Positions 13,622 through 28,600 of a stretch of 64,000 bases of DNA are shown here, in pieces. The DNA is from Lingula anatina (lineage: Eukaryota > Animalia > Brachiopoda): contig CM120640.1 of the NCBI GenBank assembly GCA_051362555.1, positions 36,971,967 to 37,035,966 of the forward strand. Reading direction: 5' to 3'. A program made the translations under genes and the position numbers. The notes beneath the pieces were generated by a model that was given only the letters and a program-made list of their open reading frames with translations, was not told the DNA's origin and did no database searches. Each line of letters starts with the position of its first letter. Within the stretch, counting starts at the first letter, position 1.

Positions 13622-14305
13622 GTTAGGATGAGGGGATTTGTTCTTCGGTATTTTAGTATCTGCCAAGTTACCGTCTTCCCACAAAAAAGAATCAAGGGTG
13701 TTTCAATAGAAATAATGGATCCACTTCTAATGGTCTCTTAATAATGTTCCCGCTGGTTGGGCATGCAGAAAAATGTATTTGGAATAGAACACTTAAATTA
13801 CAATCCAAACAACATAAACAGTTCATAATTTATTAAATGGCTGTGGTAACATTCCTCAGATGCTCTTAAATGCAGATATTCCAGCACTACATTGTAAGTG
13901 ATATTCATCTAGATCAATATATATACACATAAACTTTGAGCCTATGATATATGTAATGGGTCCAATTATTTGCCAAGCAGTCTGTTTTTTCTCTTGTAGT
14001 GATTACTCAACTTTCATGATATGAAAAAATAAAAGCTTTTTTAAATACAAAGCTTCATAATTATGTTGTAGTGTGATTGTATGTTCATGAATGACATATA
14101 AATATATCACAGGAACAATGGGGAGTAAGTCCAGGTAAGAAGTGGCTTTCAACAGAGATTCACATGTATCTTGATACCCTTGGGTTAAACATTTCTTCAC
14201 AAAATGGTCTTGGAATTTGCTCCCATGTACATATTCAATCCACTTCTCATTAATGTGAAATCATTCATTTTTGTATTATTGAATTGTGGCACCATCACTG
14301 TGATA

Positions 14306-17300
14306 TTAAACTACCACACCAGCACAGAAAGTACAAGGAGACAGCAGCATCTTCTTTATGCACTCCGGTGCTAAAAATGATGGAAATAAGATGACACTAC
14401 ATTTTATGGTACAATGTACAAATCACATTGAAATTTACAATCAAAACAATATGGAATATCTAAACTGCAAGTAGAAAGCTTGAAGAGACAAAGGATCAAA
14501 GACTTGTTAAACCCAACTACGTTTCACCCAGTGAAGTAAAAAATGTGTATGGTTATTCTCCGACAGTTATTTCTAAATTCAAATATAACAAATCTACGGT
14601 GGATTGATAAAATAATATCTACAAATTTATCAGTAACTTAGTCTTACCAGTATCTGGTAATGCTATGGCTAAAGCTCTGCAGTTCTGGCATTTTCTGTAA
14701 GGGGTCTCCTGTACCAGCAGCAGGGACTGGCAGCAGCGAGCTTTAATAAAACAGACAGCATATGCAGCAATTCTACTACAATTTCTTTCTAAAGTTTTAA
14801 GAAACACTCACTCTCTATATAATATGATAGCATTTGTCATTGAAAAAATAATGCTGTGTCAAAACTTCACTGTACATTGTGTAACAAAACAAATATCAAA
14901 CTACCAAACTTACAAACCAATGAACAATTCCTTTTCGCATAAAGTTTGATTAGGTAATGTACTTACCAAACTTGTGGCCATTCCCACAGGAATCCTGCTT
15001 TGCACTGCTAAAATTTATCACTATAATCAAACTAAGGAATTATTCCTACAAACAAAATTTTGACATTTCTGATTTGCACACCAAGCAAGTCTCTAAGCTT
15101 AAATTAAAGATCTCAAAACAATCATATTTAGGAGTGTAACTTCTCCCCTAACTCCATTCTTTTTCTTCTTCTTCAAAGGATACCTTCTCCACATATATTA
15201 CATTTCTCTGCAGGTTTGTGAAACTGGAGTTTTGACTTGACATTTTCAATCAAGGTGTCTCTCTCCTTGCAATCCACTTCTGTTTTTCCACTGCGTAAAA
15301 TTTGACACATTATGCAAGCAGATATTTTCCCTAAAATAATAATCATAATACTAAATGAGCAAAAATGTTCATTAGCTAGGTAGTTGGATTGTAAATGGAA
15401 ATTATCAAATACAAGCCGAAATATTTTCATACCGTTAGCTTAGCCAGGTTGGGCAATCATAATACTAATAACAAGTCACTGCACAGTTACACTCTTTTAA
15501 GATTCAAATCAAAGTGAAGAGAAGGACACTTAAGTTAAACAACATTCCACCTCTGACAGAATGGTTTGGCTCAGAGATCTTCAAACAAAACCTACTTAAA
15601 CACTTACATATTTCATCCAGTTTCCCTGCCTCATCACCTATACCATAAAGCCAGTCTGTGCAGTGCAACTTCAGTATTCTTTCTTCTATTGTGTCACATA
15701 TCTTCTGTATATCCTCCATCTAGAATAATAAATTTAAGAAGTTGTTAAAAAAGATCCACAAATAACAGTTTTGAGTTAAACAGATGAAAAGTATAACTGA
15801 ATGTAATTAATACTCCGTCTTAAAAGAGAATGATGAAATGCCTGTGCTCTACTTTAAAATAAGACCAATTGTCATACTTACTGTTTGTGAACTTATGTTT
15901 TTCAAAATACCCTGGTAGTGCTTCAGGAAAATTACACCCAAAGATCTTCAAAATAAAATAGAATCAAAGACATTTTAGGACAACACAGCAATGCTGGCAA
16001 ATATAAAGACACTGTTAAAACAAAACAAAAGCCCAGTTTCCAGTAAACATTTTTTGAAAAAAAAAAAAAAATGCTCATCCAATATTTTATTTAAATCAGA
16101 TCCAAGTATACAAAGATACCAATTTATGCAAATAAAAAAATTACTTAAACTTTTTGCATTATCTGTATTTCAATATTTTAAGGCTTCAACTTAATTCAAG
16201 CTGTCCAAATTATCAACTTGAGTCCCAAATGCTTACATTTCTCTTATTCCTTTAAAAATGAACCAACACAAACTGGCATTTATGTGGGAAAACTATCATT
16301 TAAATTTACCTCAACCTCTGTAGATTTTGGATAGTTAATCCCTGAAGGTTTTTATCTGCCAGCATTAAACACTCCAAAATCTGCTGTCCCTGGTTGGCCT
16401 TTTTACCAGGTGCAAATGCTACGCTAGCCAAGGCGTTATGTGTACTATGTGCACTCTCCAGTTTTCCTATATTAAAACATGAATAAGCAAGAAACACCAA
16501 GTTAGAAACCAAACAACAATTTCACATCCTTGGTGTGAGTCACATTTTTTGTATGGTTTCAACTAAGTTTTCAATCCAGGCATATGGTATGTAAACACTG
16601 GGTTTCAAGCAGGCTTTGGTTTATTAAAAAACGTTCTTGACTTGATAAAACTTGCAACATTGGCCCTGTAGACCTCTTAAGACAGGAGTACACATTCATA
16701 ATCTTAATATCTTTCTCTATTATATATCTACCTTCGAGCAGGGCTGTCAAGGTCTGTTCAACTGGTGTGTGCACACTGATGTACAACTGCAGAATAAGCT
16801 TGGAGTCCTCATCTCGATTCTCAACATAATATCTGGGACTAGCAGAGAGAGGTAGAATACCATAATTATACTCTAAATTTAAACAAAATAGTTTTATCAT
16901 GGTTTCCAAAACACGGTTTTGTTTGTAAAATCTGAAAGTACAATTTGAAAGTTCCACAAAGCAAGTTGGCATCATGTCAGAGATGATTTAAAGGAGGCAA
17001 GCAATAAACTAACTTTCTTACCAGTAAAAAAGTTTATCTGCTATCAATAATACCAGTAATTATATGTTGGCATGTAGCTAGTAAGTTAAGAAGTAATGCA
17101 TAATATAACAGACTTGAGTGTTTAAGAAACAAGTTTCTCTTTTTCACAAATGCAAATGAAAGTTAATAATTCTATATCCAACAAATAATCACAATCCCTT
17201 TTAGTATAAAGGCTCCTTCAAGCAGTCCTTTAGACACCTACCTCTGAAGATGTGCCAGAAATACTCTGTCCTTGGAGACAGATGCCCCACAGCAGTTGAC

Positions 17301-20300
17301 AACCTTGTACTGTTTGGGCATGTCCAGAACACTTTCTGAGACAACTTCAATATCTGCAAAATTAAATTTATTAATGAACATGTACAGCAAAATTGAAAAA
17401 CCTCCTCTTATATCAGTGAAATCACTTTCAATGAATAAAGAAAAGTTAGACATATTTTCAAAACAAAGGATACAGCATGCCTTGTAATCTCTTAATTTTC
17501 AACTTTATTAAAACATATTAAATTTTAAGCACATATCTAAGGCAACTTTCAAGTGTAGCATCTACTGAAATTGCTATAGTAAATGTTGAACTATAATTTG
17601 AACCACAAATTACCTCCTGACTGCGTTTTGCTGATTTGGACTGTTTGAATGATTCCGTCTTGAGATCCAATTATAACTCCAGATGGAAAAGTGGAAAGAC
17701 CTAAAACAAAGTCACAAAACTATATTTTCATTTGGTTTTCATATCTTTGAAGGTGAGACTGCATTTCTTACTTAATACAATAGTTAAGTCATGTCACCTG
17801 ATGCATTTTTATGTTTGTTTACACAATTATATAGCCTTTAATTTTTGTTAAAAAAGATGACTGATGTAAATGTCCAGTACAGGTTTTTTTCATTGCTAAA
17901 TTTCAACATAGGTAATCCACATCTGTCTATTTGTGTCTATACTGTACCTGAGATTATTAGATTGTTTCTTCCTATAAATGTTTTGGTCTTTTTAATCTCT
18001 ATACCACTACTTGCCATACAGATGTCTATAAAGACAAGGAAGGAGGCTTTGCTTGCAACAAGTAACCTCTCCTGTAAAGTGAAGTAATTAATATATTTCA
18101 AAGGATTAAATTGTTTTTTTAATAGGTACAAGTACTTGAGTGTTTACCAGATAGCAAAAATGTCCTGAATACTGTACAATGTTTATACAGAAACCATGGT
18201 TATAAAGACATGATCAATGAGGCAGCTTTACTGAAGAAAGTAATTAGTTTAGACTGATATAAAATCTGTGAAAATTGCTGGTTAAAAAATTGATGGAGTG
18301 AAGCCATAATAGTACATATGATACCTCTTTCATCCATTCAATAGCAGTGACACCCAGTTTATCTTCTTGGTCCCACAAGTGCACAAAGCCTGCCTTGGTC
18401 AGTGCCAGCTGGTCAGTGGTGTGACTGACCACATGGGCCTTGATGATGCCTGACCTGTATCCAACACACAGTAAACCTGAAAATATTGCTATTCATCATC
18501 ATCAACAAAATCATCACCATCAGTGCTTCCAATGGTACTAGTATTTAGACAATCAACTCTACAATCAAAATGTAATTTGCATTGTTTGCTATCATATGAA
18601 TTGAAATGCATGATGCCAAATTTTATAGAGTTATTATATAGAAAAAAAATTCAATTGTCTAAATATGATGCTAATTATTGCTTTTTCTTCTTTAAAAATA
18701 TATATATAAATCTTTAGTTCTAAAATATCATCATTATGACTAGCTACATGTACCACAACAGATATAAGGCACCAACACTGAAAAGCACAAATTATCAGTG
18801 AACAGACCCAGGAATGGGTGAATTTGCTGTTCACAAAACTGTTCTGTTACATTATAAACATAAACATTTACCTGTGTCATCCGAGTAGGAAGCCCACTTA
18901 ATGCAGACTGGTAGCATGGACCCAGTGTAGACAACTTCATGTAATGATATATCATCCCTACAACACAATGAGGTAAAAGTAACTGTTAATGTGTCTAGTT
19001 AACCGTTACTAGTAAAAAATTAACAATCTTCACAAAATAAATGAAATAAGACAGACTCAAATGCATAATAAAATGTAACATCACTAAATAACCTTTTCTT
19101 AATGAGCATATATCTGACAATTTCATGTAATAATCTGGATTTCAAATACCAAAAATTCTCTCTAAAATGTAATTATAAAGAGTGTGAGAATAATTTAATA
19201 AACATACTCACTCAGTACTACATGGAATGTTTATTTTCCATAAAACAATGTGTCCACTCTTCATTGCAGTAGCCAAAAAGCAGTATGACATGGGCTCAGG
19301 GCCACTGAATTTGGCACATTTTGCAGCCACTGGTTCAAGAGAGACCTGGGCAGGGTAAACTGGTGACCAGTCAATTGCTGAAGACAAAAATATATTTACA
19401 AAATGTATAACTTTGTAAGAAACAGAAAATATGAATAATTGTTTATGAAAATCAGAACACATACAATTTTAATTTAACTTTAGAAGAGCAATAAGGCCAC
19501 ACACACAAAAATTTATAATACAATGTACAACTTCAAGATTTTGGAATACCTTGATCTACTGGTTAACATGTTATAATAATACCAATAACACCTAAAAATA
19601 ACAGACACTGTTAAACAAATTACAGGTTAACAATTTGTACTCCCTGTACCCAAAATCTTGGAGGAAACCTCTGGCCTATTTACATGTATGTATTCTTACC
19701 TACAGCTGCCAGTAAGTAGCTTCTCTGTGTTAGCAGAGAAGTCTGGTTCTGTTTACCCTTGGGTTGTGATTCATCATCCATGGTAAACTTCTTGGTTTTC
19801 ATGTGCTGGTAATAACTGTTGGATAAATCTACCACCTACAGTTGCAAACATGTTCTTATAATACTTTTAATATGAAAAAGTGTGATGATGTTAAATCTGT
19901 CCTCTTTTTCAAATTCAGCTTTTAAAATTATCAACTTGTGTCTTTAAGTGGCATTACAAAGATATGACCTATATATCATGTCTAAATTGTGTTGGATTTT
20001 TGAAAAATCTTACACAAAACGTAGCTGAAAATCAGCAATATTTGTCTTTAATTATCAGAAGATATATTACCTTTTTCCATTTCAAATGAAAGCCACCCAT
20101 ATTGTAAATGCAAAGTCTATGGTCCATGGACAAGGTGGCTAAAATGCACCTGTAATGTAGGAATTTATGTTAACCTTAATTCACTTGTATTGCTGACATT
20201 TGCCATTCAAATTATTATGTTTATGTCTATGCCTTGGTCAATGGAGTTTACTTTATTTTTGATAACAGTGGTCTAATGGGTAAAGATAGATTGTATTAAT

Positions 20301-21634
20301 TTAAGATAAGATATATGACCTAACAGCAGGGTTCATAAAGTACATTATAAGGGAAATAACTTACTCCTTTTAACCAAATCAATAACCAAATGGCAAAATA
20401 AGGTACATGTATACTTTAAAAATTCCTCAGACAATATAATGTGTTACCTGCCCATGGGATCCACACCTTTGGCTGACCATCTGACAGTCCTGCAGCCACG
20501 GTAACTGTAGGGTTGACCGCTCCCAATCCCTGGACTCACTGTTCGATCCAACATTATAGGGTGTAACTCATCTGAAATATGGCAACATTTAGGATCTGAC
20601 TTGAAAAATGGCCATTATTTTTAAGTCACTAGGAAGGGATGTGTTAAGAGTGTATGTTGGTGAAGGAAACTTTGTCTAATAAGGCATTAGAACCTGTATT
20701 AATTCAGATTAAGAATATGTAAGGAAACTTACAGGAGCGGATCCAGAGCTATTTACTGACAGTCTTCCAAATTATCTTTGTTGATTCATCCTCCAATTTT
20801 GACCGACTTCCAAAAGAAAAAAATAGATACCGTCAATGTAAACTTGAAAATCTGACCGTCTTCCAGAAGACCCAGAAGACGGCCTAAATCCGCCCCTGAC
20901 TTACCTGCAGGCAGACTGTTGTAACACTTCTCTCTGTCTACATCCACATTGAACTCACAAACATCTGGAGAGGCAGGGATGAAAGCCTGTCTGGCAACAA
21001 GGGAATCAGATGCATCAAGACCACATGACAAATCCTAGCAAGTAGAAATGTAAAATTATGTAAATTTCTATACATGTACATGTGTAACTGTAAATATGTA
21101 GCAGTCCTTACAAATGAAAATGCTTTGTATGATCACCAAGGTAATTTGTATATACTGTACGACGTTTACGTACCATGGAATTAAAAAAAAAAAAATGAAA
21201 ATTTTAAAATATCAACCTGTTTGGAAAATTTGAACTTTGTAAGTGTAAACAGGTGTACATAAACTTATATTAGGACATGAATTTCAACTTTTGCATAGAT
21301 GATTAAAAGTACTGTACACAAAGCATCATAGTATAAAAGTGCTGAATAAAATGGATGCCACCTCAATGTCACTTTAATACAGACAGGCAACGTGTGCAAT
21401 GCCAGGTATTCCAACAACTGAGGCAATACAAAAACTAACACGGCTTTGTCTTTGTAGCAGTACAAAGTTAAATTTACATTAAGTTAATTGTACACATTGC
21501 AGTTTGTTTCTTACCACTACATAGACCCCTCCCTCTGTGGCCACAGCAATACGGCTATCTTCTGACCATGTCAGGGCGTGGGAACTACAAGTTTTCTGAT
21601 TCCACTTCAGAGATGCAACAACATTCCCTGCCAT
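14306..21634 (-). CDS. GTF3C4: General transcription factor IIIC subunit 4 (TFIIIC90), multi-exon
   Basis: First exon 21634-21515 MAGNVVASLKW...LTWSEDSRIAVATEGGVYVV (cf. TFIIIC90 LAWSEDHRVSV); RWSAKGVDPMGRCILATLSMDHRLCI (cf. SWSPMGCDANGRCLLAALTMDNRL); MKSGHIVLWKI; C-terminal Zn finger EKCNICGE..CGNGHKFARCCQSL..CQNC..CTFC; last exon 14370-14306 ends TAA. Confidence 0.88.
20732..20898. mobile_element. MITE (CAGGAGCGGAT…ATCCGCCCCTG) with 5-bp TSD ACTTA, inserted in a GTF3C4 splice donor
   Basis: Imperfect TIR; ACTTA at 20727-20731 and 20899-20903. Confidence 0.8.
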
Positions 21635-22042
21635 TTCTTTTTCTTCATAAAAAGGCTTCTTTTTCACAACACATGCCTCAACTGAACAAGGCTTGATAGT
21701 GGAAGCAGATCAACTTTGTAATGAGATTTTGCCGCACGTTAATTTTATAACGTCTGTTAAATATGAACCTTGGTGAAAATAAACCGTTAAACAACACTCA
21801 TCTGACGTACAAAAGCAGTAAGAAAAAGCCAAAAGAAATTAAGAAAACGCCTTGTAGTGAGAGACAAGTGTCTTCTGAGGCACTTCCTTTGCAATCATGT
21901 GCATTCCGTACTTCAATTCTGAAGAGTTATATTTACCACCTTCACTTCCTGCAGAACTGCCTACCAAGAAACTCCAGAGAAACACCCAACTTCTGGGATA
22001 TTTGTGGTAACTGAAGACACAACCCGGTGTCTATTTACTAAA
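21635..22042. promoter_or_regulatory. Bidirectional promoter region GTF3C4/VPS33B
   Basis: Head-to-head ATGs ~410 bp apart; ZNF143/Staf-like element (minus strand ACCACAAATATCCCAGAAG, ~21990-22008); AAAATGGC YY1-like motif at the VPS33B start. Confidence 0.6.
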
Positions 22043-25000
22043 ATGGCAGCATCGTCTGAACAGGCACCGGATTTACCCAACGTGTATCTTCTCCGACATG
22101 TTGCTAAAGATATGTTGGTTCATCTGCTGGAATCGGTAAGCAAGTAGCCAAGTTAAAAGTAACTACATAATTTATAGTACTAATTCAGGGCTGTTTACTG
22201 GAAATATCTGGGGCATTAAAGCCAGAGATAATCATCTGGGTATCTCAACAAAACTGACCCGTTCTCTATAGAAGAGAGAAACAAGTGTAACTCATATTTA
22301 CATGTTTATTTTTATTTGTATAATTGTTATTATTTTTTTGGGGGGGGGAGGGGGGCATCTATATCTAATGTACAGTGTACCTGTAAAAGGGAGGCGTGAC
22401 AATTTATATTTCCTTTAAGTGTTAGTATCATCCTTCATACCAAAATTTTGTTATGTATCCAGTTTAATTTGCCACAATCTCTTCGCCACAGTATGTTGTG
22501 TATGTATGTGTTGATATTTTAGGTACAAGGGAAGAAAGATCTGGTGCTGGGACCAAACCTGATGCGGCCTTTAGATCGTATTGCAGGGGCAAAGCTGTTA
22601 AGGGTAATCTTGATGCACTGCTTCATTCCTTGAAACCAATTGCTAAAAATTACAGTGTGCTTTCACTGAAAAAGTATATAAAAATGGCATTTGTCTATTC
22701 TGCCTAGTGTATGAAATAAGTATAAATTGAATAAGATAAAAATAAAGAAAAACCAAAAATAAACACAGTGCCTTTTTAAGTCATGACTTTTTATAATTGA
22801 AAATTATTTACATTTCTTTTATTTAAGGAACACGGTGTAGACAAAATATTCAAACTTGAAGCTAACATGGATATTAAGGGCTGTGACCAGTGAGTGTTGT
22901 ACATTTTATGTTTACATTTATGTTTACAAAATACCAAGGGTTATTTACATGTACTTAAGCTTAAAATATGAATAAACAAAAATTACATGTAAAAGATTTT
23001 TCACTGGTTTCTGATTATTTTTTTTGAAGAATTTTGTTTTGGCTAAAATGTTTTATCAGTTTGGTCAAATTTGATTTGACAGAGCTCAGATATTAGTTAC
23101 TCCTATTGTTATAATTATTTAAACAGTTATTTTTGCAATCGTAAGCACTACAATACCGGTATATGTAAAGTAGTTTCTCTGTTTTAATGAATATTTTTTT
23201 CCAGACGCATATATCTAGTACACCCAACCATGTTTAATGTGAAGCTTATTGCTGATCAAGTAAATCAAGAAAAAACAAAAGCACAACAGGGACTCAGAAA
23301 AAAATTAGTGTGCAAAATCATTTTCACACCTAGAAAAGTAAGTTGAACATCATAAAATTCAAATAACATCTCTAAATTTTAAGCAATAAAAAGGGAATAA
23401 TTTAAAATATTTATGCTGATTTTGATGCTATGTTTATTGGTTAAGTTGACATTGGGAGCTTACTGAAGAGCACCGGGATACCACTAAATCCATGCATTTG
23501 AGAATAAGTCTTCTCCCCATGCTGGCATTCTCTAAGATTTCTGAATATATGTTTGTCACTTTACCAGCTGCATGTGTGTGACAAGGTACTGGAAGAGGAA
23601 GGAGTGTTTGGAGACGTAGTTACAGATGAGTTTAAACTGGACCTTATCCCAATAGACCAGGACATCTTATCCCTGGAATTACCAGAGTATTTTAGAGACT
23701 TTTTCCTGGTGAGTTTGTTCATTACAGTAGTATGTGCATAATAGCTAGGGGTCATTATTTTTTTAGAGAAATTGCTATGTCTGATATTGAGTAGTCCATC
23801 AGCATTATTAAATGAATTAAATAATGATATTACAAAGGCAATTCAATATTTAATGATGTTGAAAGTTTTCTGCCTCACACACCAACCTCCCCCTCCCACA
23901 CTCCCTTTTACCTTAATTTTACCTACATTATATAGTACTAATATGGATCTTTTGTAATTGATAACAGGAAGAAAGTCAAATGTGGCAGCACACAGTGGCA
24001 TCTTCATTAAATGGAATTCAGCAGCTGTTTGGACCTATTCCGTGTTTTTATGCCTTGGGTAAAGGGGCTAAGGTGAGGATGGAATATGCATATTTATAAA
24101 CAATTTAGTAGCTATGGGTTACAAAAACCTGGGCAAGAGTTTTGCTGTAATTAAGAATATTAAGTATCTTTTCACTTTTCTCTTTTATATCAGGCCAGAC
24201 AAGTAGAGATACTCTAGAGGAAAAAATATTTGATTATGATTATAATTCCTTGATTATAATTCATTTCATGTTTACTTGTAATATTTAAAATTTATATTTA
24301 TTATATATGTATTGCTACACACACATCTTGTGTCATTTTAGATGGTGCAGCAGATGTTTGAGAAGATGCCGTCATATGGTTTAGGACATTGGTCAAAGTC
24401 TATTACTGGCATGGAGTCTGAGATTGGACATGTTTTCTTGATAGACAGAAGTTAGTTTCATATTTTTTCATTTTCAAAATAATTGCAAGTGTGATGTTTA
24501 CTTTTTTAATATATTGTCATTAGTGTGCAGAACAAATGTGCAGATCTTTTTATGTTGTGATTTAATTTTACATCAGCAACATGATCATAGTTACACGTAA
24601 TGATTACTGATCTAAAAGTTGTTCTTGAACACAAATAAAGTAAGGATGTAAGGGAATGGATGTTCATGAAGTCCATCTTACACCCCATTCTCATAGATTA
24701 GATCGACCTACATTGGATCGACCTAACTCCCTGGGGGTTCACGCTAAATAGCTGTCAGCCGGGCGGACACGAAAGTTAATTACCCCTTAAAGCTTGTAGT
24801 AGGCGGGGACGGACACTTAAGGGGGATTATCTGACAGTAATCTAGTGAGACTCCCCGCGGTGATAGATCGATCTAAAAGTTGTGAGAACAGAGCCTTACT
24901 CATATGTAAATTATCATTATTATTGTTTTTATTAATATAAGTTGATGCATAAACAAACAATTACATGTAGGTGTTTGGATGAAGTTGTGACATATTGAAC

Positions 25001-25564
25001 AAACTACATTAAAAACTTAACACATGATTTCAGGTGTAGATTATGTGACTCCGCTGTGTTCACAGGTGACATATGAGGGTTTGTTAGATGAAGTATTTGG
25101 TATACAGAGTGGTAGGTATTACTTGACTTTGGGCTTGAGAAATGCAGTGAAATGGTTTAAACAGAATCCATTACATGATCAGGAAATATAAAAAGGAAAA
25201 AAGTGATAATGACTTGTGTCTGTGTGAGTTTGTTCATGACATTATAAAAAAAACTTTTCAACTTGTGCAATATCTTTGCACAATCTGGTATTAAAGGTAC
25301 ACATTATTATCTACCATCCTCATATTTCAGGATTTTCAATTTGCCATTGCTTTATTCCTAAAATTGCATTAATTGAAAACTTATTTCCTGTGCATTTGCA
25401 AGCTTTGCTGTGTATTTGCATTTTTAACACTTGTGTAATGAACAGTTTCTGTTCTGCTTCTCAGGTTGTATAGAGTTTGGACATGAGGTATCTGGTAGAG
25501 ACCAGCCAGTGAAGTTAATGCTGACCAGCCAGGACGAGGTCAGTAATGGGTTTTTCATTTATTT

Positions 25565-25609
<45 letters not shown>

Positions 25610-28600
25610 TTCGTATATTTAATACATAGATTGTTGTAGGTGAAATGGAGAACTTGGATATCATGTAAATTATTGTAATGAAATATTTACTTTCGTGAAT
25701 TTCGACATGTATTTTCTTTATTTTCTCTTTCGTTGTGGTGATTCTTAAATGGTGTTTGGTATTGTCCTTTTTATAGAATATGAACTGATATGGGTTACCT
25801 GTTCAGTTTTGATGTATTTTGTAAACTGTACATTTTATTTCTCTTTCATCATGCTAGTTTGTACCAAAAAGGAGGGTTTCAATTTTGTATATTCTTTTTA
25901 ATGGAAGATCATTTTTATATAAGAATACACGTCTTTACTACAATTTCTTATATTTATTAACAGATTTTTGAAGAGATCAGAAATAGACATTTTACCAATG
26001 TGTTTAGTTTCTTGAGTGGAAAAGCAAAGGAGGTGCAATCTGGTTATGATGTGAGTAAATTTGTTTTTGTTTTACTCTTTAAAGACATTTGAAAAATCCA
26101 AATAAGCAGAGATGAGTAACCTTGCCAACACTCACATAGATTAAAATTGTATTTCTGTTGAAGATTAATTGTTGCTTGATTTGATATCTGCCTTTAATCT
26201 AAGCTTGCTGTATTTTTAGTAGAAATCTGGTGAATGAAAGTGGTGCACACTTCACAAATTATTTTTTTATGAAGTAAGGTTAAGTAATGAAAATGACTTG
26301 AATTCCAGAAAAGACACCAGTTAGAATCGGTGCGTGACATGAAGGATTTTGTCGCAAATGACTTGAAGGATCTTAAACAGCAGCATAAATCTTTGGCTCT
26401 GTGTAAGTATGTACCCAGCACACATCCATATGCATTACTTAATAATTGACATATATTGAAATTATAAAGTATTTTAGAAAAGGGCACATCATTTGCCTGA
26501 TTTGATAGAAAGTGTAGATGTGGTCTTGATCTTGGAATTCCAAGAATTCTCATAAATATTAGGTATGGATCTGTAAATGATACTCTCCTAACACTTTCTA
26601 CTTGTAATTAGTAAAAAAGTTACTATGACAGGGCACATTTTCCTCTCATTTCAGTTATTGGTGCCAGTGAGGTGATCATGAGCAGGAAGACTAAAGGGAT
26701 TGATTTTGAAGAACTTCTGAGAGTAGAATACAGTAAGCACTCCTCTACGTAAGGTCTTATATAAATTAATATAATGATTTGCCAAAATGATTTTCATTTT
26801 ACAGTAAGTATGACTAGGGGTTCCAGCACTTTAAAAATTTAACTGGATGATTGGAGTATTTGGTCCCAACTCAGCATACTCAGTTAATTTTATTACTGAT
26901 CAAGGTAATAATTGATAATAATAATAATAATAATAATGGATTAATCTATACTGAATTAAGTTTTTTCCTTAGGATAGAGCATTATAATTTTGTTTCATGC
27001 TGCAATACAAAATGTTTTTTGTTTTTTCTTTTACAGATATGTTGGAAGGAGTCAGTAGAACAGAGAGTATAAATTATATTGAAGAAAGACTCAACAGACA
27101 GGTGAAATTAACTTGTGATGGTTTACAAATTTTAACATTTAATTGTCATATGTGATGAACTTAGAAAATGCTGTGAATTTTCAAATTATTAATTTTAAGC
27201 TCAAATGAGAAATAAAATGAAAGAATGGATGCCTTTATGGGCTGTTAACATTGATTTTTTTCAAATTTTTGATAATTCTAGTTTAATTGTCTGCAAACAT
27301 TAAGGCTGCTCTGTCTACTGTCACTCACACAAGATGGAATCCCTCCCAAAGAATACAAGTCACTGAAAACTCAGTTTCTTCATGTAAGTATATAGCAGGT
27401 CTTTACTATTTTAATTTTATTTTCTATGTATCAGATGTTTTATATATTTTGTAGCTGGTTGCAGATCTCATGTTTTTAAATGCTTGCAGACCTTGTTCTA
27501 TGTCTCTGTATTTCTTGTCCCAATAACTATGTTCCTAACATAAAAGTGTATAATATGTAAATTAAAAACGGTTTTCAAAATCTTAATTGTATTGCAAGCG
27601 TGAAAATATATTCAAGTGAACAAACCTGAATGTAAGATATGCAAATTTATTTACAGGCTGAAGGGTATGACTGGATGCTCACTTTTCATAATCTGAAAAA
27701 ACTTGGATTGCTGAAAGAACAGGTGGACCAACACAGCTACAAGTCAATAGGGGGCAGTAAGGGAGGCAAGGGGGCCAAGATGGCCGTGCCAAGCTTCGGG
27801 TCACTGACATGGAAGAGCTCATTTCAGACAGCATCAAAAAGTTTAAAACTGGTCAGTTGATTGGGGTTGGCTGATTAAGGGTATTCTGGGTACTCTGTAC
27901 AAAACAGAATTTACTAGAAAATGATTTTGTAATAAATGAATAATTTGTGTATTGAGTTTGAATTGACTTATATGATATATGATATGATACAATAGGATAA
28001 TTTAAACCTGTAATACCAGCTCCTGCTTGGACTTTCGAGTTGTTAACTTATTCATAGACTGAACAGTGGTCTCTTGAATTAATGTTTATGATGTACTAAG
28101 TTAACTGTGGTAGTCTGCAGATGCTAAGCCTTACAGTGTTTAAATGATATCTTACTATATAGCTCTGATAGCTCTGTGAGCATGATTTTTTTTTGGTCAT
28201 TCAGATATTTATTGATAATTTTTTTTAAATTTAGATTCCTAAAGATACAGAAAACCTGGACCTGCGTTTCCCCACTGATATGTCTTATGTGTTTGGAGGT
28301 GCTTACACACCTCTTAGTTGTAAACTAGTGGAGCAGGTAATGTTATATGCTAAAAAAAAAAGAACACCACACACAGTTGGAAATGTGTAAACAATATCAA
28401 ATGAAAGACAATTGCAACAGATAATTGTTGTGTGATATATTTTAATTAAAGAAAATAAATAATATCTAGGATATAGAAAATACATTCAAATTCAAGTAAT
28501 TTTTAAATAATACAGGATCTATGAAATTTAAATTTTCTCAGAATACTAAGTATTCACTGACTCAACAAAATTTAACTTTTAAGTTAAAATATTAAATATA

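Noticed and set aside
24683-24896. Possible ribozyme (GAAA and CTGA motifs) in the VPS33B intron
   Set aside because: No CUGAnGA core in correct topology; better explained as a degenerate fold-back MITE.
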